Positions 53,532 through 61,147 of a stretch of 61,147 bases of DNA are shown one piece after another. The first letter of the stretch is position 1. Every line of letters begins with the position of its first letter. Under the pieces are notes generated by a model that ran no database searches, was not told the DNA's origin, and saw only the letters and a program-made list of their open reading frames with translations. This DNA is from Hyphochytrium catenoides (taxonomy: Eukaryota; Protista; Hyphochytriomycota): the NCBI GenBank assembly GCA_900088475.1, contig FLMG01003106.1:1-61147 (forward strand), written 5' to 3'. The translations under genes were made by a program, and so were the position numbers.

Positions 53532-56500
53532 ATGGGCGGAATGGCTCTTGTCGACGGAGAGAGAGAAACGGCTGCGTCTCTCTCGGTCTCTCCCCCAGCC
53601 GTCGGTCCATCTCTGTCTCTATCTACTGCCGGTGAGCTGCAGAGACACGGGAGCTTCAAAAGGTTCAAGAGCTTAGGAGAGATGTCTCCCGCAAGTAAAC
53701 AGCCTGTCTTAGCGCTGGAAGAGAAGAGAGAAACGAGAGAGAGAGGTTCTCTCTCTTTCTCTCCTTCTCCCTCTGGCCTGATCACTGGTAGTCTAAGGTG
53801 TACTATAGAGCGTTATCTATGCCAGACTGCGGCCATTGCTGCTCAACTCTATGGGAGAGACTGCGTGGCTGTTCTCTCTCTCTCTCTCGGCAATGGTCTC
53901 TCTCTCTCTGGCTTCTCAGGAATGACAGAAGATGATGCAGAGGTCGTGGTGGAGAGACTGAAGGATTTACAGGGAGACACTGGTCCTTCTGCTCTCTCTT
54001 CTCTTGCATCTTCTCTCTCTAAAGATGGGAAAGGAGTGTTCAGGCCGGGTGCTCTTCTTTCTTCCTCTTCTAGTGAGGAAGAGGGGGACACCTCTCTTCT
54101 CTCTCTCACGGTTCGGCTTCTTATCCTAGAAAAGGAAGAGGCTATAAACCTTTCTGCCTCGTCTCATGAGAAAGAGAGAAGAATTGTAGAGACATTGGAG
54201 CTTCTCCTCAGTCAGTCTCTCTCTTACACTCGTCTCCAGCTATGTGAAGCGCAAACGAGAGAGAGAGAACGCTGTCAGAAAGAGAGACTGGAAGCTGCTA
54301 TGCAAGCTATTCCCATGGGCTTCTGGGAATGGAGGAGAGAAGACGACTCTCTCTCTTGGGAAGAGAGTTGGTTCTCCCTCTATTCTCTCTCCTATGAAAG
54401 ATTCAAAGACATGAAGAAAAGCCATAGGTTGGACGCTTGGATGAGCTTGCTTCACCGGGAAGACGTAGAGAACTTCAGGCGTCTTTTCCAGAATGCTGTC
54501 AACTCTTCAGAGGGCGACTTTGCAGCGTCTTTCCGGCTGAAGAGAGAGAAAGAAGGAGAGACTGGTGCTTCTCTCTCCTCTCCCGGCTTCCAGTCTGCAG
54601 CTAAGATTTATAGAGATGAGACAGGAAGAGCGGTGCGAATGATAGGTGTCGACTGGCGTGCAGATGGGAAGAAAGACTGCTTAACCGCAGAACAGGTGTG
54701 TCCTCGGAGTTGTTAGCTATCTGCTAGATGGTGCTTTTGCAAAAGCTCTCTCTCTCTCCCTCTCCCTGTCTTATCTCCGCTCCCTTTCATCTGTCTCTCT
54801 CTCTCTCTTTTCTTTTCGTATCCCTTCCTCCTTTTCTCTCTCTCTCTCTCTATCCACACACACACGCACACATACACACAAATTCATTCCGTCCGTCTCT
54901 CTTCTCTCTCTTTCTCTCTCTCTCTCTCTTTCGCACCCACGCAAAACCTCACTCCGTCATTCTCTCCCTCTCTCGCCCTTTGTTCCACAGGAACATTTTC
55001 TCCGCGCCATTATCATGCACCTGCCTGTAGCTGTCTGCATTAAAGACATCAACAACAGCCTGCGCTTCGTGATGATCAACAAGAAGGCGGAAGAACTATG
55101 GGAGAAAAAGTCAGAAGAGGTTATCGGCCACAGTTGCATGGAAATCTGGCCTCCAGAACAAGCGGTAAACTTCGCAGAGAAAGACAAGCGGCTCCTAGAG
55201 CGAGGCGAAGGCTGCATCATCGGTATAGACACGATGGGTATGCCAGACGGCAGCTGCCGATATATCAAGAGCAAGAGAGTGCTGGTGGATAATCGGTACA
55301 TCTTAGGCGTAACCGAGGATGTGACAGAGAGAATAGAACTGGAAAGGCAGCTCATTGCGTCGAGAGAAGCGGAAAGAAGTGCTAATCAAGCAAAGTCAGC
55401 CTTCCTTGCCAACATGAGCCACGAGATACGGACACCTCTCAACGGAATCATAGGGATGTCGGACCTTTTGCTCAAGACAGAGTTGTCGGCAGAGCAGCAG
55501 GACTGTGTGGAGACGATTGCGACCTCTGGTTCCATTCTCCTCACACTGATCAACGACATACTGGACTTCTCTAAGATAGAAGCAGGGAAGATTGACCTCG
55601 TGATGGGAGAATTCGATCTGTCTCGCTTCTTAGGGGACTTATGCAAGGCTTTCGCCTTCGCAGCTGAGCAGAGGGGCATCGCTTTCACTGTCGAGCTTCC
55701 TCAGCCGCGGTATAAGCTGCTGGGAGACAATGGAAGAATAGGTCAGATCATCAACAACTTGGTAGGAAATGCTATCAAGTTCACGGCAGAAGGACAGGTC
55801 ACGCTGCAGGCCAGCTTGAGGGAAGAAGCGGCCGAGAACGCCGAAGAAGAAGAGAGAAAGCATGGGCAGGAGCACGAGAAAGGAGAAGCGAAAGCGGAGA
55901 GAGTTTGGGTCTCTCTCGAGGTGACAGACACTGGCATTGGCATCCCTGAGAGTTCGAAGTCGAAGCTTTTTACCTCCTTTACGCAAGCGGAGAAATCAAC
56001 AAGCAGAAGATTTGGAGGCACGGGACTGGGCCTCTCCATATGCAAAGGCTTGTTAGAGGTGATGGGCGGATCTATTAGCTTTGAGAGTAAGGAGGGCGAG
56101 GGCAGCACCTTCAGAGCTACGTTCCCTCTCTTAAAGGGCAGTTTGCTGCTTCCTGACGAAGAGGAAGGGAGAGAGAAGAGGAGAAAACGCGCCGGCGAGA
56201 CAAGGCGGAGTGAGATAGAGAAGAGAGAAGCTATGCAAACGATAAGCAAGAGCCAGCAACGCGAAGGGAGAAGGGCCGGAGAGGAAGAAAGAGAAGGAGA
56301 AGGGAGAATCACCATCTTGGTCGCCGAGGACAACCGGATCAACCAGAAGATCATCGGCAGAATGTTAGACAAGCTGGGGTATGACTATGCCATTGCTGCC
56401 GATGGAAGACAGGCGATAGAGAGACTGTCAGAAGATCCTCTCTCCTTCTCTCTCATCTTGATGGACTGCATGATGCCCGTTATGGACGGGTATGAAGCCA

Positions 56501-56715
56501 CAAAGAGAATAAGACAGAGTGGCGATCCTGGTATCAGAGATAAGCCCATCATCGCCGTCACAGCTAACGCTATCCGAGGAGACGAAGAGAAGTGTCTTCA
56601 GTGCGGGATGGACGGTTATATTGCCAAGCCAATAACGCTGCAGAGTCTCTCTTCTCTCTTGAGGAAGTTTCTTGTAGTTAATAGTTCTTCGAGAGAGAAG
56701 GCCTTAGCGGCATGA
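53532..56715 (+). CDS. Hybrid histidine kinase: PAS(3)-PAS(4)-HisKA-HATPase_c-REC, one intron (about 54696-54990)
   Basis: MGFWEW..LHREDV..VRMIG (PAS), H-box FLANMSHEIRTPLNGIIG, N-box NLVGNAIKFT, DTGIGI, GGTGLGLSIC, and receiver ILVAEDN, LILMDCMMPVMDG, IAVTA, DGYIAKP. Confidence 0.95.
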
Positions 56716-57859
56716 GGCTGCTATTGTCTCTCTCTCTCACCCTCTTTGTTCCCCTTTCTTTCGGCATGTTTGTCCTGTCATTACCCTGATCTTGGCTCTA
56801 AAGCTAGCGCCTGCTGTCTGAAGTGTAATATTACGGAGCACTCGTCATCCAGACATGTGGCATCAATTAATCACCAGCCGCCTTCTGGTGATCCCATCTG
56901 TCTTTCTCTCTTGCAACCCCTCTCTCTTAAGTTCTTTCACAAACTCACCTTCTAAACGATAAGGGCAGTCCTTTAGACGAGAGACAGTCTGCACAAAGGA
57001 GGTAGCGAGGATCTAGTCTTTCCTCTGAGAGTCTCTACACCTTCAGTAGCCGCAGCGGACGCACGAAAGGCACTCTTATCACATGGCTCCAGAGCTCAGG
57101 AGAAAGGGAAGGCCCCAAAATGGACAGAAAGGAGAAGAGCCGGACTTGGATTACTCTTCATCTCGCTCTATCTTTCGCTCCCCTTCCTCTAGCATATCTT
57201 CTCCTGCCCTTCTTAATGTTTGTCTCTCTCTCGTCATGCTCCTTCTGTACATTATCTGACGTCCTTTCATTCACTTGATGAGTAGGATTCAGCACAGAGG
57301 GCAGCTCATACGTCTTCACCTCTAGACCTGAGTCAACCCAACTTTGCTGAGGAGACAAAGGTTTATCTCTTGTTTTCTGGCAAGAAGCCCCTAGATTCGC
57401 TGTCATACTTATGAAAAGTGACTAGTTCTTCCTCGTCCCGAGATAGTGCTCAGCCACTGACAGCAGAGGCCATTGACCGTCTTAACAGTCTTCATGACGC
57501 TTCTCAATTTTCTCTGGCTTTGTCGTTGAATATGCCCCTTAGCTGTAAAGGGGCATATATAAGTCATCTAGAGCCCTTCGTCCCTTGATGATAGAGAGGG
57601 AGAGTGGGATGATCAAGGAAGTAATTGACCTCCATTGCAATCAATAAGGACAAAGAAAGAGAACAGGGCGATGACCTCGTGGAGAGCCGAGAGATGGTGC
57701 GAGCGCGAGTGTGAAAGGGAGAGAGAGGAAAAGAGCCAGAGAGAAAGAGAGAGAGAANNNNNNNNNNNNNNNNNNNNNNNNNNNNNNNNNNNNNNNNNNN
57801 NNNNNNNNNNNNNNNNNNNNNNNNNNNNNNNNNNNNNNNNNNNNNNNNNNNNNNNNNNN

Positions 57860-60419
57860 GTCACAGCTACGGCAGCTGCCCCCTCGAGCTCGCTCAGAAA
57901 TGCACTGGTGTGCAGCGGGCCTTGGAGAAGTTGGGGCCGGGCGGTGAGAGCAGAAAGTGGCTGAGCATAATGTGGGATAAGCCGAGAGAAGAAGCGCCTA
58001 ACCTTGCCCTAAAGAGGAATGCGATAAGTCAATCAAGAGACATTGACTCATCCGATGAGCAGAGATCGATAGAACTTCTAGAATCGAGACGAGTAGAGAA
58101 ATAAGAGGTGGGGCGGACAGAGTCAAGGCATAGAGGGAATAACGTGCGAATAAAATATTAAGAGCAGCAAAGGCGGGAAAGATATGAGAGTGCCGCCATA
58201 GATGTGCCACAAAGGGGAAATGCAGCTTATCAGAGGCTAGAAGATTAGTAGACAACAAGGTGTGATTGGCCCCTGCCTGCTCTTGATTGACTTGCCTGGC
58301 ACATCTCTGGTGCGAAGATGAAGACGGGCTTCCCACTGCTGGCAGCCTCAGAGATCATTGAGATGGAGTCTGGCGTGACAACGATGACATCGCTCTCAGC
58401 TAGCAAGCTCAAATAAGGGTTCACTTCGGTACTCTCCTGTCCCAATTCCTCGGAGGGCTTTGCAGTGGGATCATAAATGAAGATCCGCTCCTCTGAGAAT
58501 TCCTTAGCAAGGGATGAAAGAGAAGAGCGCAACTGTAGTTGGTGTTAGGACAATGCAGCTGACGGTAGTCAACGCAGAATACAACGCGGAAAAAGCTCAA
58601 ATGTAGAGAAGAGAGTGTGCAAGGTGAGTCCAGTTTGCTGGAGTGAATGGCCATTGGGCTGGGCAATGAGAACGTAGTTCTAGCTGACAGATTGTCTAGC
58701 TATACTCTCACTGAATAGATTCAAGCGACTTAGAGAAGACAGCAAAGAGAAAGAGATAGACTTTCCCGACCAGTAGTGCCACGTCCAATCACTGTGGAGG
58801 GCACTATGAAGCGACGTACAGATCACAAGGGACAGTGAACAGCGCTGAGTCTCACCATTGGGTCCGTACGACGAGAAAAGGTGATGAGCAGACTTGCTTT
58901 CCCTCTTCTTGCAAGCTTCACTAGCTCCGCCCTCAGAGCTTCAGAGGTCCTAGCGTCATAGCGGATCCAACCACACGAACCGCCAACGAGCACTGCTACC
59001 TAGACGGATGGAAGGGGCGCAGAAGCCTTATGGCAACCTCTTCTTTCTCCTTGAATCTCTTCTTCTCTGTCTCTTTCCGTCCTCCCGTCATATCTTCTAA
59101 TTGCCTCTATGAATGCTGCTCCTCCCATCTTTTCCTCGGTCTCCATCACCCTCTCTCTCTCCTCCTCTCGTTCAGTCTTTCTCTCTAACCCTTACTATTT
59201 TGGAACTGTCCTTCCGTCCGCACTCACTCTTGGCGCTCTATACTTTTTGAACTCTTGCTGGCCTTTTGCCTCTAGTAAGAGAGAAGGATTCACGTCGTGT
59301 AAGGTCCCAACCGTCAGGTGAAGATTCGGGTGTGCTTCCATCTCGTGGCTGGGAGAGATGAAGTCATGCTGAGGTGTGATGACGAGATCAAAGTGCTTCA
59401 GCGAGGTCCTGATAGCCCAAATTGGTAAGGATTAGAAGTGTAAAGTGGGCCGTGGACCGATAGATAGTAGCTGAACCAAGAGCTGAGCTTAGGGTTTTGG
59501 CCTGCCTTGAAGCCAGGACTGCATAGGGCAAAGCCCGAGGGATACGATGGAGAACGTGGATCTGATAGATAGTAGCTGAAGCAAGAACTGAGCTTGGGGC
59601 TATGGCGACGAAGCTAAGATTATATTGGCAGCACGAGAGATAGGGCGGAGGACTTTATAAGCAGGGAAGGCATAGCGCAGGAAGACCCTAAGCGGGCGAC
59701 AGTTATAGAAGAGCAAAGACGCTAAGAGGTTGGAGCCTCTTGCCTTGGATGCTGAATCTGTATGTTGACGATATCTTTCCCATATCGTCTCTTATACTCT
59801 GCACACAGGCCCACTGTCGTGCGCCCAGAGCCTATGACTATTGCAGGCTTTCCACGCTGTATAAGCTGAGAGAAAGGAATAGCACGATAGCCAGTCCATC
59901 TGCCCCGTGTGAGACGGCTGAGAGTGAGCTGAGCAAACGGAGGGAGAGCTATATTTGAGTCAGTGAGGCCGTTCATCAAGGAAAGCTGCGGAGAGAAGCC
60001 GCTGCACTCAACAAAAGGACTGGTCTTCACTCACATGTACAAAGAGGGACCCTAGCAATAGTCACAGGCAGGCCAAAATGCCGTCCGAGCTTCTCAGCTA
60101 AGCTCAGAGCTTGCTTTTCGGCCCCTGCCGCCCCATTGCCGAGCACTAATATGTGGCTGTCAACGCTTTTGACAAAGGAGCTCTAATAGACAGAGAGAAG
60201 TAAGGATCCTTCTCCAAGTGCAATATCTAAAGGCATACATTATACACAATGAAGCAATAAGCATGAGTCGTGCGGACGAGATTGGCAGACCTTACTTCTC
60301 TGTAGAGAGCGTCTATTATGAAGATACCCTGGCCTCGCAAGCCTCTCTGTGCGAGCCTCCACGAAGAGACTCCAGACCCGTCGATGGCAATTGTGCTGCC
60401 ATTGAATAGCCCAGGTCAT
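57860..60419 (-). CDS. ELM1: ELM1 (mitochondrial fission ELM1 / GtrOC1 family, GT-B-like) protein, about 7 exons; 3' end runs into the N-gap and the first exon is ambiguous
   Basis: ILVLGNGAAGAEKQALSLA, VIGSGRTT, IQIQHPR, FDLVITPQHD, GTLH, VAVLVGG, ITFSRRT, NPYLSLLA..IVVTPDSISMISEAASSGKPVF and GKVRRF. Two introns are GC-AG. Confidence 0.92.
59451..59606. repeat. Imperfect ~50-bp direct repeat (59451-59501 and 59555-59606) inside an ELM1 intron
   Basis: CGTGGACC-GATAGATAGTAGCTGAACCAAGAGCTGAGCTTAGGGTTTTGGC versus CGTGGATCTGATAGATAGTAGCTGAAGCAAGAACTGAGCTTGGGGCTATGGC. Confidence 0.9.
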
Positions 60420-61102
60420 CCTGCTGCCGACTCCCGCGCTTCGAGTCTTCAACCCTTAGGGACGCAATCGTCCAACAGAGTCTACGAACCCTTGACCAAC
60501 ATATGAACCTCTTCCAGCCAAACGAGGAAGCAAAATGAAGCTAAGCGTCTTCTGCTGCAGGCAAGGAAAGAGGGGCCACACACGATGAGCAACGGTGCCC
60601 AAGTCAAAGGTCGTCAGGAGTCTGGAAGTCTGGCATCAGAAATCTCGGACGCAGATCTTTCAGAGATTTTACGAGCACCAAAAGACTAGAAGCACCTATA
60701 CTGATTATCGATTCCAGAGCCAAATTGATCTTAAAGTCTGATATAGCTTTATCGAGTCTTTCGAATAGAAATCTATTACATTCACATGAAGGAATTGTTT
60801 CTTTCATTTTGGAGGAGGGGCTGAAGGTGTTGACTCTGTGATGGAGGTTGAAGCTTTCGTATCCATGAAACATTTCTCTCAAGGTTGAACTTAGGCTGGG
60901 GGTGGTTTTTGGCTTTGTTGGAGTTGTCCCCCCCCTTTATCTTCTGTCTCTCTCTTTCTCTCTCTCTCTCTCACTCTGTCTCTCTCTCTCTTTGTCTTTC
61001 TCCCTCTTGTTTTTCTTTCTCTCACTTGTTTTCCTCTCTCGCTCTTTTGTGCTCTCTCTTCGTTGCTCTAGCTATGTATTATCTATCTTTCCTTGTCTCT
61101 CG

Positions 61103-61142
<40 letters not shown>

Positions 61143-61147
61143 TCTCT

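Larger units (their letters stand above)
31640..57760. repeat. Microsatellite-dense domain: (GA)n/(TC)n tracts fill most introns and intergenic DNA
   Basis: Seen directly. It produces the many SLSLSL/RERERE artefact ORFs, and most N-gaps lie in or at the edge of it. Confidence 0.9.

Noticed and set aside
26384-56715. Bacterial contamination or an operon as the source of lpxC and the histidine kinase
   Set aside because: Both carry spliceosomal introns and host-type microsatellites and are interleaved with core eukaryotic genes.
1-61147. tRNA, rRNA, CRISPR arrays, intact transposons
   Set aside because: By eye I found no cloverleaf/T-loop signatures, rRNA motifs, regularly spaced repeats, transposase or RT ORFs, or terminal repeats.

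Overview
Eukaryotic nuclear DNA from an intron-rich protist, using the standard genetic code. It is probably a stramenopile/SAR lineage; this is inferred from my recollection of stramenopile-type inserts in the Mps1 and S6K kinases and from the nuclear LpxC, and is not verified. The assembly is a scaffold with seven N-gaps, each next to a (GA)n/(TC)n tract. Most short ORFs in the supplied track are microsatellite artefacts. By tracing splice sites by hand I can support about 17 genes, many in alternating divergent/convergent pairs: a TMEM181-like membrane protein (split by a +1 frame break at a TAG), type II pantothenate kinase, a RapZ C-terminal-domain protein, VAMP7, a MAIP1/Tim44-like protein, an MDR oxidoreductase, Mps1/TTK, ARPC4, a spliced and probably mitochondrion-targeted LpxC, HBS1, an S6K-like AGC kinase, a coiled-coil protein, an F-box/RCC1 protein, an unknown spliced gene, an IQ-motif protein, a PAS-PAS hybrid histidine kinase and ELM1. 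The best candidate for an undescribed system is a set of bacterial envelope/amino-sugar relic genes (intact LpxC, ELM1/GtrOC1-family GT-B protein, stand-alone RapZ-C), suggesting an organellar lipid-A-derived glycolipid pathway. Other notable signals are at least four GC-AG introns, GA-then-CT polarised introns, a recurrent Myb-like promoter motif and PAM2-like motifs on the S6K tail. No rRNA, tRNA, CRISPR array or intact mobile element was seen.
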